A stretch of 32,000 nt of DNA from Candidatus Saccharimonadota bacterium (GTDB lineage: Bacteria; Pseudomonadota; Alphaproteobacteria; CAJXXZ01; 1604HC), in contig NZ_CP043316.1 in NCBI RefSeq assembly GCF_008189405.1, positions 30,001 to 62,000 on the forward strand. The letters are read 5' to 3'. The notes under the pieces are model-generated. The model was not told where the DNA came from. It saw nothing but the letters and a program-made list of their open reading frames with translations, and made no database searches. A program made the position numbers and the translations under genes. This document shows, one piece after another, positions 10,226 to 19,561 of this stretch; the stretch's first letter is position 1, and every line of letters begins with the position of its first letter.

Positions 10226-12451
10226 ATGAAAAATATATTTTTATTGTATTTGGTTTTTGCACAAGTGTATGCTGGCTCAGTAGGAGATCTGGATGAAATG
10301 TCTGCGGGGGTGTGTTCTTCAATTAATAGAGAAATGTTAAGCCATGATGAGTCAAGTAATGCTAGTAGGGGTTATTTTGCAGTACATAGTGTTTCTACGA
10401 CGCCTGGCTTTTCTCCGATGTCTAGCTTTTGTTCGACGCCTAGGTCATCTTGTACACAATTTTATCCATTTAGCGATTTATCATTAGACCATTTAAGTGA
10501 TGTTGATGACACATTTGATTCTGCTATACATTATTTTATTGAATATACGAAGCATATGATTGGAAGTATTGTTAAAGCTGAATCTCGTGAATTGATAAAA
10601 ATATTAACACTGAAAAGTTATGAAGAGTCAGATAAGATAATGCAAAAGATAAGGAATAAGGAGAATTATTGCTTTGAGGGATTTGTAAGTATTAAAGAAT
10701 CGTTATTAGCGAAACATTATAAATTACATCGTATGCAATCTGCTGAATCTATGGTTCGTAATAAATATGGTGATATTGAAGGTTTGGCGCGCACAGAATT
10801 AGTAGATCGTATTGCAATAATGAATGAAATGAATCAATATATGGACCGTATTTCATTGCAGCATGATTTATTGCAGGGGTATTCTGAAATTGATTATGAA
10901 AGAAAGATGGATATCATTGGCGGGGCGATATATTCTGAGTATGGTAGCTGTAGGCTTAGTAGTACATCTTCTAATGCAGGCGAAAACGGCATTAGTGATG
11001 AGAATGATAGTCTTAGCTGTGATGATTCTAATCCATTGTCATTGAACTATGTATTGCATGAAGATGAAGTTAGAAGATTTATTTATAAAGATCAAGGTGA
11101 AGCATGGAATAGTTTAGTAATGAATATGGATAATAGTTATAGGATAAAGTATGAAAGTATTACTAATAAGCTGATCATGCAATTGGTGAAGGAAACTCAG
11201 GCAAGTAGGGATATAATCAAGGCACAGCAAGCTATTATTGATATGCAGCAAGGTAAGATCGAAGAAATTACACCAAGAATGCAAGGGAATTTATATAAAG
11301 GCATGCGCGATGAGCTGATCCTACTAGTTAGAGATGGGGATCCTTTGCCTATTAAGTTGACACATATGGGCAAAACTTATGATGGGCCTGAGATAGAAGA
11401 ATCAGTATTTTATATTGAAACAAGTGGAAAGGCACATGAGAGAGTTGAGCTATGTAAATCTAGTGTAAATATTTCTGATGATTATGTTAGATATGATATA
11501 GCAATTGATATTTATGGTAATCTGACAGTTAAAGCTCATACTGTGTCAATTCCTAATGTAGCTGAATGTGGCTCTAATAGTATATTTAATGCGCAGAGCA
11601 TTATGGATATTAGGGAAATTTCACAAAAGAAATTACAAAGTAAAAAAGTTGAAATGATTGATCAAGAGATAAATGAGATTCAAAATAGTATTAAGTTTAA
11701 TGAGAGTGAAGTGCAAAAGTATAATCAGCGCTCTATAGAAGGAGCAAAGGAAATTGAAGAAATAAAAACACAAATAGAGAAAAACAATGCAGAGATAGCA
11801 GAAATTCAAGAAAATATTAAAGAACTCCAAGATGATATTAATGAAAAGAATAAACAGGCCAAGGAGATGATAGATAAGAATAGAGATTCAGATGTAGAGA
11901 TAAAGAAGATAACAAATCAGATTGAGAGATGTAAGAAAAGTATTAGTAGATTTGATACAGAAATCAAAGAACATAATGCAAAAATTCAAGAAAATAAAAA
12001 ATCAGCTAAGGAAGATGAAAAGAAAGCGAAGATTTATGAGGAAACAGCTAAGTATCATGAATCATTGATTAAAGAATGTAAAGAAAAATCTGAGAAATGC
12101 AGTGCAGAAATCAAAGAATTCGAAATTAATATTAAAGATGCAGTAAGTGCTAATAAAGAAAGGGGAGAAAAGATTGATGAATTAAAGGAAGAAGTGCAAG
12201 AAGTACAAGAGAGTATTAATGAAGAAAATGAATCAGTAGAGAAAAAAGAATCAAAGATTAGAGAATTAAATAAAAGAATAGAATCTAAATTAAATCTTGA
12301 TTTGTGGAAAAAGAATGAATCTGAATATGTAGCTAAGGTTAAACAAGGAAATGAAAAACTTGCGGAACTTGAGAGCAAGAAAGAAGAAGAAGTGAGGAAA
12401 CTTCAAGAGATTAACAGTCAGTTCAATGATTTTTTTTTACAGGAGCAATAG
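10226..12451 (+). CDS. Secreted coiled-coil protein, paralog B (unknown family)
   Basis: Signal peptide MKNIFLLYLVFAQVYA|GS, a Ser-rich N-terminal tract, and a roughly 260-aa Lys/Glu-rich C-terminal coiled coil. Conserved blocks shared with paralog A (A first, B second): KIEMFGGLVYKYG / KMDIIGGAIYSEYG; AWEQLVDRMNKAYQLQYQIVTNKLIQQLM / AWNSLVMNMDNSYRIKYESITNKLIMQLV; QPKMWGNLY...LRLLVSDGENLPIEFT / TPRMQGNLY...LILLVRDGDPLPIKLT; IDIYGGLTIE / IDIYGNLTVK. Confidence 0.75.
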   Translation: MKNIFLLYLVFAQVYAGSVGDLDEMSAGVCSSINREMLSHDESSNASRGYFAVHSVSTTPGFSPMSSFCSTPRSSCTQFYPFSDLSLDHLSDVDDTFDSAIHYFIEYTKHMIGSIVKAESRELIKILTLKSYEESDKIMQKIRNKENYCFEGFVSIKESLLAKHYKLHRMQSAESMVRNKYGDIEGLARTELVDRIAIMNEMNQYMDRISLQHDLLQGYSEIDYERKMDIIGGAIYSEYGSCRLSSTSSNAGENGISDENDSLSCDDSNPLSLNYVLHEDEVRRFIYKDQGEAWNSLVMNMDNSYRIKYESITNKLIMQLVKETQASRDIIKAQQAIIDMQQGKIEEITPRMQGNLYKGMRDELILLVRDGDPLPIKLTHMGKTYDGPEIEESVFYIETSGKAHERVELCKSSVNISDDYVRYDIAIDIYGNLTVKAHTVSIPNVAECGSNSIFNAQSIMDIREISQKKLQSKKVEMIDQEINEIQNSIKFNESEVQKYNQRSIEGAKEIEEIKTQIEKNNAEIAEIQENIKELQDDINEKNKQAKEMIDKNRDSDVEIKKITNQIERCKKSISRFDTEIKEHNAKIQENKKSAKEDEKKAKIYEETAKYHESLIKECKEKSEKCSAEIKEFEINIKDAVSANKERGEKIDELKEEVQEVQESINEENESVEKKESKIRELNKRIESKLNLDLWKKNESEYVAKVKQGNEKLAELESKKEEEVRKLQEINSQFNDFFLQEQ

Positions 12452-12489
12452 AAGAATCTTCTAGATGTGATGGTCAAAAATTATTGAAC

Positions 12490-12777
12490 ATGAAGCTAGA
12501 AAAATTACGACGAGAGATGCAAGATATAAAGCTTGCAAAGTTTGAATTGACAGTTAGCGCTCAGAAACTCGAGGAAAATATGGGTACGTTCGCATCGTTA
12601 CGTAGATTGATTGCGGTGGCATATGAGAAAAAAGCAGAAGGGAGTTTAGATGATGCAGATTATTATGAGATTGTTAGTGCTGTTTTAAAAATTCATGAGC
12701 AAACTAAAGAGGCATTAAGTTATAATATGATGAGAGCAGATGAAATAATAGAAATGGCGCGACGCAGTATATTATAG
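12490..12777 (+). CDS. Small helical hypothetical protein, possibly the detached C-terminus of paralog B
   Basis: ATG at 12490 (in-frame TTG at 12484). Its reading frame is open back to 12430, inside the T9 run that precedes the paralog B stop. The sequence (KLEKLRREMQDIKLAKFELTVSAQKLEENM...) continues the coiled-coil character of paralog B. Confidence 0.4.
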   Translation: MKLEKLRREMQDIKLAKFELTVSAQKLEENMGTFASLRRLIAVAYEKKAEGSLDDADYYEIVSAVLKIHEQTKEALSYNMMRADEIIEMARRSIL

Positions 12778-13941
12778 TGAATGTGCTAATTGGTTAATAG
12801 GGGAATAAAGTTAGGGCAATGTAAACTGTGTATACCTGTGTTTTTAGATTTGTATTGAGCATAATGAATTTAAGCTTTCTATATTATATTCAATAATTTG
12901 TAAGCTTCAAACACAACTGCGGTTATCTGATCAATATAATTCACATGTCTATAGCATCATAATACACCAACCATTATGGTGAAGTTGATTATAATATGTT
13001 TCTTGTATATTAAAATATGGAAATATAGTAATAATAGTATATTTAATTTGCATGTTTCTTCAATAATTTTATGTAGTATGCATATAAGTTAATGCAAAAT
13101 AGCATGCTAATCAAAAAAGACTTCAAGTTAAATTATAAGCTAATGATCAGGTTAATTAAAATATAAATAATTGATCATATAGTATTTTATAATTATATAA
13201 TAAAGATATATTCTAGATAAATATTAAAAGCAAACAATAAAATAGTAAGTAATATCTCATAAAAAGCAAAATAATTTAAAGAAAGCACAAGAATATAATT
13301 ATTCAGCATTCATTTGAATTGACGATATGATAATATATATATCAGCACAATCTGTTGTATGCTTTATAAATTGATTGTTTATGAATACATGATTATTTAT
13401 CTACCTGTAGCAGATCAAGATCAATTCAATTGGTTTGTATTTTTATAATATATTATCTATATATGTAGCCTATAATTAGTTTTTATTATTAATTCAAGGA
13501 ATTATAGATTATTTTATGCATTAAAAATCAGTTATAATTTTTATATAAATAGTGTGTTTGGAGCCACTGTACAGTTTTATTCCATTTAAAATTATATGTT
13601 ATAACAATTACTTTAATTAGCATGGAGTGAAATGAGTGTTTATTGCATATATAGTTCATGCTTTTTATGCAGTATTAATTATATTGTACATTGCTTGTAT
13701 ATTTCGAATCATACTATACTATTTCAAATCATATTGTTTCTTTATATATAATCTTTTTAATCATACTTTCAATGCATATGATATTAGAGTAGTGGTTTAT
13801 ATTTAGAGTAATAACTATTTTCTATTAATGTATATAACTATGAAGTTTGTGCTTTTATAAATTATATTTCTATTGATTGCTTTACTTGTTGTTCTATCTA
13901 TATTCGTTTGATTTGCATGAAGGATGATTGATATCAGATTT

Positions 13942-14469
13942 TCATGATTGGCATTGATTTTCATTAATCCATGTTACTATTAAGTCATTCCATGCAGATA
14001 AGTCTGTTTTTTCTAATACGTAATGTGCAACATTTTCACCAGGGTGACTAATGCCAAGTCTGACACGGTGGTAATCTTGTCCAATTGCAGCTGAAATGCT
14101 TTTCAATCCGTTATGCCCACCAGTTCCTCCACCTTCTTTGAATTTGATAGTATGGTTCGCTAAATTTAAGTCATCATGAATAACTAAAATCTCTGATGGT
14201 TTGCATCTATTCTTACTTAAATAAGATAAAACTGCTAATCCAGATGAATTCATATAAGTAATTGGTTTGATCATATTGAAGTTTTGATTTTTCGAAATAA
14301 TGAAGTTGGATTTCTTATTCGCTGCAAACTCAGATAGAAGAAACTGCTTTTTTAATATATCTAAAAATATAAATCCTAAATTATGTCTAGTATGGTCATA
14401 TTGTGTTCCAATATTGCCTAAACCAACTATTAATTTATAATCCTTTATATTTATATGAGATTTGATCAT
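13942..14469 (-). CDS. pth: Peptidyl-tRNA hydrolase
   Basis: LIVGLGNIGTQYDHTRHNLGF, the catalytic His region, and GGHNGLKS are conserved Pth motifs. There is a 4-bp overlap with the upstream rplY, the classic rplY-pth pairing. Confidence 0.92.
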   Translation of the reverse strand: MIKSHINIKDYKLIVGLGNIGTQYDHTRHNLGFIFLDILKKQFLLSEFAANKKSNFIISKNQNFNMIKPITYMNSSGLAVLSYLSKNRCKPSEILVIHDDLNLANHTIKFKEGGGTGGHNGLKSISAAIGQDYHRVRLGISHPGENVAHYVLEKTDLSAWNDLIVTWINENQCQS

Positions 14470-15026
14470 TCTTTAGGTTTAGATGGAGATATAATAGTTG
14501 CAAGAGTTGTATTTGCAGTAAAGCTTAATACTTGAACATCTGAAGGTATATTTAGATCTTTTAATCTAATTGCATCTCCAATATTACTTTGAGCTAAATC
14601 GAATGTCACAGCTTCAGGGATATTGTTTGAGGAAACAACAGATTTAATACCTTTTGTTAAAACATTCAATATTCCACCTAATTTCATTCCTGGACAAAGT
14701 TGTTTGTTTTTAAATGCTATAGGCAGTGTAACTCTAATTTTTTGATCTGGCTCAATTACAAACAAATCAATATGTAATGGTTTTCCAGTTAATGGATGAT
14801 ATTGCACATCTTTTATAAGTACTTTATAGGGTTTGTCGTCTAATGCCACATCAACCTTAGAGATCATAAAATTTGGAGTGGTCAATAATGTTTTAGCATC
14901 CTTATAGGACATATTTGCACATTCTTGATTTGATTTTGAGTAAATTACTACAGGAACCATATCTTTAGCTCTAATATTTTTTGCTGATTTAGTTCCAAAC
15001 ATTTCTCTTGAAAAAAGATTTATCAT
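14466..15026 (-). CDS. rplY: 50S ribosomal protein L25 / general stress protein Ctc
   Basis: 186 aa, with the L25/Ctc N-terminal pattern (R...GTKSAKNIRAKDMVPVVIY) and a beta-rich body. Position immediately upstream of pth supports the call. Confidence 0.85.
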   Translation of the reverse strand: MINLFSREMFGTKSAKNIRAKDMVPVVIYSKSNQECANMSYKDAKTLLTTPNFMISKVDVALDDKPYKVLIKDVQYHPLTGKPLHIDLFVIEPDQKIRVTLPIAFKNKQLCPGMKLGGILNVLTKGIKSVVSSNNIPEAVTFDLAQSNIGDAIRLKDLNIPSDVQVLSFTANTTLATIISPSKPKE

Positions 15027-15136
15027 AATAAGTATAATTTAACCCGTATTGGAGTAAATTTCAATGATTGAATTAATAATTATAAAATTTATATATGGAT
15101 TTAAATAAATTCACATATATATTTAAATGAATTGAA

Positions 15137-15211
15137 GGCGAATAACCGGTCTCGAACCGGCGACCTCTAAAGCCACAATCTAGCGCTCTAACCAACTGAG
15201 CTATATCCGCC
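15137..15211 (-). tRNA. tRNA-His (anticodon GUG) with encoded G-1 and C73; no encoded CCA
   Basis: The reverse complement folds as a cloverleaf: G-1, acceptor GCGGATA/TATTCGC, D arm GCTC-AGTTGGTTA-GAGC, anticodon arm CTAGA-TTGTGGC-TTTAG (GTG), T arm GCCGG-TTCGAGA-CCGGT, discriminator C pairing with G-1. Confidence 0.9.
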
Positions 15212-15388
15212 ATCGATATAAGAATACAAAACAAATATTAGAATGACAAGTAGAATGAAGGTAATGAGTAAAAGCATGATTGTAATAATTACAAAAATAG
15301 AGCAGGTAAATAATTCTAAATAATATAAATTCATACTGAAAATACTTGAAATTGTTAAAAATATTAATTTTATGCTAAAATTGCCTTC

Positions 15389-15916
15389 ATGAAGAAAATA
15401 ATAGTATTAGTCGGGCCTTCAGGGTCTGGAAAAACATCATTAGCTAATATCCTTTCTTCTAAAGGTTTTTATAAACCAATCACATGTACAACTAGAGAAA
15501 AAAGGGTAGGAGAGGAAGATAGTGTTGATTACTTTTTCCTTTCAGAAGTAGAATTTATAAAGAAAAAAGACAACCAAGAGTTAGTAGATTACGATAAAGT
15601 TTTTAGCACATGGTATGGTGTTGAACGAAAAGAATTTGAAAAGAATGATCAAAATGTTGTGATGCCTGCTACTTTTATAGGGGTTGCAAATCTGAGAAAG
15701 CATTTCGATAATGTGCAATCTATTTTTCTGAACCCTCCTAGTGAAGAGATTTTAATTCAAAGAATGAAGGAGAGAATGATGTCTCCAGAAATGATAGAAA
15801 AACGAATTAAAAATATACGATTTGAAATGTTAAATTTGAATAAGTGCGATTACGTGATATCGACAAATCAAACTATTGAAAAATCGTGTAAAGATTTAGA
15901 AAGGATAATATGTTAG
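15389..15916 (+). CDS. gmk: Guanylate kinase
   Basis: P-loop VGPSGSGKTS and TTREKRVGEEDSVDYFFLS (compare TTR.PR.GE.DG.DY.F.S) are diagnostic of Gmk. 175 aa. Confidence 0.9.
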   Translation: MKKIIVLVGPSGSGKTSLANILSSKGFYKPITCTTREKRVGEEDSVDYFFLSEVEFIKKKDNQELVDYDKVFSTWYGVERKEFEKNDQNVVMPATFIGVANLRKHFDNVQSIFLNPPSEEILIQRMKERMMSPEMIEKRIKNIRFEMLNLNKCDYVISTNQTIEKSCKDLERIIC

Positions 15917-17172
15917 ATAATAATTATAATTTGAAAATTAGAAATAATGTTGTGTTAGCTCTAGGTTTAGTTAGTGCTGCTATATATGCTTTATGCTCAC
16001 ATACATTGATTTATTGGTTGTCAGACCTCGATATTCCTACAAAAGCGTTAGGATTTGTGAGTTTGATATATATAATTCAAGCGTTAAAGATTTTTTGGAT
16101 TCCTGTTTTTGAGAAATTCAATGTTCCATTGTTAAATAAATTTTTAGACAGAAGAGCAAGTTGGATTTTCTTGTGTATTTTAGTATCTGGAAGCTTGATA
16201 TTATATATCAGTTTTTTACACCCTTTGCGTAATATGTATGTATTTGCAACGTGTATTGCTATAGCAACTTTTGGAATGTCTATTATGGATACTTTATTAA
16301 GAGCACAGATCATGAAATTGGCTATTGATAATGATAAAGATCAAACTACTATTATGGGGTTAGGTGCTTTTGGTTTTAGGATTGGTATGTATATATGTAT
16401 CAATATTTATTTCTTATTATCTTTATGCATAGCATGGAAATATATTTATAGAGTATCAGGAGTATTAATTATACTTTCATCTTTACTACTATTCATATTG
16501 CCAAAAGTGACAGAATTAAGCAAAGAAAAATCATTGAAAGAATTGCTTATAGTTCCATACCAATCATTTCTTAAGAAGAATAAAAAATATATTTGGAGTA
16601 TTGTAGGATTTATGGTGTTTTTTAGGTTGCAAGACAAACTATTAGCGCCTACATTCTATAAATTCATTAGTGGCTTGAAACCAGCGAGTTCTTTGCCATT
16701 TATTTCACAATTAGGTATTAAGCCAATTTTCTCATTCTATAAATTCATTAGTGGTCCTATCATGGCATTTAGTGTGTATTACAGCATTAAATTCTTAAAA
16801 AAGCATAGTTACAAATCTAATGCATTTATAAGTGTTCTAGTGCATTCATTAACTTGCTTGCCTTTGCTAATCTTAAATATGCAAAAAACACATATTCCAC
16901 TATTTATTTTGTTTACATTGTTATTAGAGAAGCTTGTTAGAGGGTTTTCAAGTAACGTATATTACTTATACCAATCTAAGTTTTGTGAAAAAGAGCATGC
17001 AGCAGGTCAAATTGCCATGTTATCATTCTTAGAAGCTATGTCTGGGGCTATTTTCGGATTGTCTTCAGGATATATAGTTGCATATTTTAGCTGGACAGCA
17101 TTATTTATATTGGGTACTTTTATTAGTTTGCCAGTTCTGTTTTTCATTAAAAAACTACCAAATGATTTATGA
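15910..17172 (+). CDS. ampG: AmpG-family MFS permease (muropeptide-type transporter)
   Basis: 420 aa with about 12 helices. The N-terminal block ALGFVSLIYIIQALKIFWIPVFEKF resembles the AmpG motif (..G.FSL...PY.LKFLWSP..D.). There is a 7-bp overlap with gmk. Confidence 0.6.
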   Translation: MLDNNYNLKIRNNVVLALGLVSAAIYALCSHTLIYWLSDLDIPTKALGFVSLIYIIQALKIFWIPVFEKFNVPLLNKFLDRRASWIFLCILVSGSLILYISFLHPLRNMYVFATCIAIATFGMSIMDTLLRAQIMKLAIDNDKDQTTIMGLGAFGFRIGMYICINIYFLLSLCIAWKYIYRVSGVLIILSSLLLFILPKVTELSKEKSLKELLIVPYQSFLKKNKKYIWSIVGFMVFFRLQDKLLAPTFYKFISGLKPASSLPFISQLGIKPIFSFYKFISGPIMAFSVYYSIKFLKKHSYKSNAFISVLVHSLTCLPLLILNMQKTHIPLFILFTLLLEKLVRGFSSNVYYLYQSKFCEKEHAAGQIAMLSFLEAMSGAIFGLSSGYIVAYFSWTALFILGTFISLPVLFFIKKLPNDL

Positions 17173-17298
17173 GAATGACTGTAAATTAATATCGTAGTTT
17201 ATATGATAATATCCAGATTTAGATTTTTTTAAATTAGATTCTATATGATGATTTGAATCTGATACCATAATTTTATATTTATATTTTAATGATAGATT

Positions 17299-18153
17299 CT
17301 AGTTAATAATAAGGTCTGTACGTTTGATATTACGCATCAAAGTATTCCACTCATTCTTTGACATGTTTGTATCATCTTTTGTGATTTGTTTGCCATTTGC
17401 TAGTTCTTGTACAACTTTTAACCCTTCTTTAGATAAAGAGCAATGATTATAATTATTGAATGCGTCATATGTGAATGGAACCCATAAACTGAGAATTTCT
17501 TTGATCTTTAATGCATATTCACGTATTTCAAACTGAGCGTACGATGATGTTCTTAATTTAATAAATCTGAGCAAGTTATTTAAATCTATTTTCCAGTAGA
17601 ATTGTGTATATAGATTTGTCGGAAGTATTCCTCTAGAAATTTCTCGCGCAACTCCATCTTCGATTAAATTGGTGTAAGTTTCAAATGATTCTGAATTGAC
17701 TCTATTAATCTGCTGTTGTGCATTTTCTCTGATCGGTATATCTAGATCGCTTCCTCTAGCTTGTCTATTACTCATATCTTGCCCTGTGATATTGTCGATT
17801 GAAGGACAGTAAAAATCTCTTTCCATCTCAGAATATCTAGCAGAATATTCATTTACATTCGCAGTTCGATGTCTGAGCCATTGTCGAGCTACAAAAATTG
17901 GAGCTTTGATATGTAATTTGATTTCGCACATTTCAAATACAGAAGTATGTTCATGTCTTAGTAAATATCTGATTAAGCTTTTATCACTGCTAACAGATTT
18001 AGTGCCTTTACCATATGAAATTCGAGCAGCCTGTACAATTGCTGAATCGTCTCCCATATAATCAATAACTCTAATAAACCCCTTATCGAGGATGCTCATT
18101 TCTTCCCCAATAATTTGTTCCATACTTTCGACACAAGTTCGTTTTGTTTCCAT
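17299..18153 (-). CDS. thyX: FAD-dependent thymidylate synthase ThyX
   Basis: ThyX signature RHRTANVNEYSARY (RHR..S....S.RY), plus FIRVIDYMGDDSAIVQAARISYG. The ATG at 18153 (METKRT...) is preferred. The tracked ORF extends 38 codons further upstream to 18267 with no homology support. Confidence 0.9.
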   Translation of the reverse strand: METKRTCVESMEQIIGEEMSILDKGFIRVIDYMGDDSAIVQAARISYGKGTKSVSSDKSLIRYLLRHEHTSVFEMCEIKLHIKAPIFVARQWLRHRTANVNEYSARYSEMERDFYCPSIDNITGQDMSNRQARGSDLDIPIRENAQQQINRVNSESFETYTNLIEDGVAREISRGILPTNLYTQFYWKIDLNNLLRFIKLRTSSYAQFEIREYALKIKEILSLWVPFTYDAFNNYNHCSLSKEGLKVVQELANGKQITKDDTNMSKNEWNTLMRNIKRTDLIIN

Positions 18154-18268
18154 ATGAAAATTAAAGCATGAAAGTTTATCTTGTGTCCATATGAAGATTA
18201 AAACATGAAATAACTTGGAGTAATAACTGTAATCAGCATAGAACAATAGATGTAATAGTGGTAGCAAA

Positions 18269-19561
18269 TTACTTGAAGTGTTTTTTAATTAATGCTTTGA
18301 AATGCTTCCCTCGTTCTTCGAAATTTTTATATAAGTCGAATGATTTAAACCCTGGTGAAAATATTATAGTTTCATTTTGATGGTTCTTTGACAAACAAAT
18401 CACTGCATCTTCTAGATTAGTATAAATAGAGCAATTTATTCCTATACTTAATAGGATTTTCTGTAATTTATATTTGTTTTCTCCAATAATAAATGCATGC
18501 TTAATATTTTGAGCGGGAAGGTCTTTGATATATTGCTCACAGATATTGCTATTAACCCCTCCAGTGATCCAATAACTTATTTTATGTTTTTGTAGTATGT
18601 AGTTAGAGCATGCAAGGTTTGTGCTTTTGCTGTCATTAATAATGATGGGATTGTTTTGTACGATTTCTTGCCTATGCGCTAAAGTTTGAAAATTAGCACA
18701 TGCTTTGTGAATATCTTGCGGTGTTATACTCAGTTTTCTACACACATTATAGGCAGCTGAAAATGCAATATAAGGAATATGATGCAGATACTTCTGGTAG
18801 AACTCTATTGTTTGTTTTGGGGCATTTTGGATATGATTTTCTGGTGCATTATGGATGTAATGATTGTTTTGGTGTTTGCAGGTTAGGTTTTCATTAATAA
18901 GCAAATATTTTGATAATGTAGCGAGTTTATATTTTGCGTTTGCATAATCTTCATATGAATTATTATAGGACTCTAAATGATGGTTTTTGGAAATATTCAA
19001 TATTACTCCGATGTCAAATTTAGTAGAAATTCTTTCTAACTGAAATGATGATAGCTCAATGATTGGAATTTCATTATCTTTAAGGTTATCTACTGTACAT
19101 CCTAAATTTCCTATAGCCTTTGCAGGAATATTATTGGCATTTAAAATATGTTCAATTAAGGAAACTGTAGTAGATTTGCCAAAAGATCCAGTACATGTAA
19201 TTTTTATGTTTTTATTCTGAGAGTATTGGAAGAAAATATCTATTTCATTATATATTTGCTCATTTGCTACTAATTTAAGTAAGGGATGTGATCTGATTCC
19301 AGGGCTGAGTACTATTTTTGAAATGCATTGAGCATGATTAGTGGCATTATCACAATTGCTGGATTGCATATGATTACTATTGGGTTGTGCTTTATTATTG
19401 TTGTTAATTTTATTAATTATGAAGGTACGATATCCCATTTTCTGCGCTAGTTCTCGTTTTTTTAGATCATCATCCCATATGCAGAATGTTTGATTATTAG
19501 CTTGAAGTATTTTTGCGCAAGATTGATTAGATATACCAAATCCTAATAAAAGATATGTCAT
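18269..19561 (-). CDS. murD: UDP-N-acetylmuramoylalanine--D-glutamate ligase
   Basis: Mur ligase P-loop TGSFGKSTT, a GFG-type N-terminal Rossmann start, and position directly after mraY with a 4-bp overlap. It contains an Asn/Gln-rich low-complexity insertion (NNNNKAQPNSNHMQSSNCDNATNH). Confidence 0.85.
   Translation of the reverse strand: MTYLLLGFGISNQSCAKILQANNQTFCIWDDDLKKRELAQKMGYRTFIINKINNNNKAQPNSNHMQSSNCDNATNHAQCISKIVLSPGIRSHPLLKLVANEQIYNEIDIFFQYSQNKNIKITCTGSFGKSTTVSLIEHILNANNIPAKAIGNLGCTVDNLKDNEIPIIELSSFQLERISTKFDIGVILNISKNHHLESYNNSYEDYANAKYKLATLSKYLLINENLTCKHQNNHYIHNAPENHIQNAPKQTIEFYQKYLHHIPYIAFSAAYNVCRKLSITPQDIHKACANFQTLAHRQEIVQNNPIIINDSKSTNLACSNYILQKHKISYWITGGVNSNICEQYIKDLPAQNIKHAFIIGENKYKLQKILLSIGINCSIYTNLEDAVICLSKNHQNETIIFSPGFKSFDLYKNFEERGKHFKALIKKHFK

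Noticed and set aside
12778-13941. Tried to place tmRNA, RNase P RNA, 4.5S/SRP RNA or an origin (DnaA-box cluster) in the long non-coding stretch.
   Set aside because: I could not see a GC-rich tRNA-like acceptor/T-arm, a GAGGAAAGTCC-type RNase P core, an SRP domain IV motif, or repeated TTATCCACA-like boxes. The region is left as unexplained rather than annotated.
18154-18267. N-terminal 38-codon extension of the thyX ORF (MLPLLHLLFYADYSYYSKLFHVLIFIWTQDKLSCFNFH).
   Set aside because: It is hydrophobic junk-like sequence not found in ThyX, it begins 1 nt from the murD stop, and it contains the duplicated start-context repeat. The ATG at 18153 gives a normal-length ThyX.
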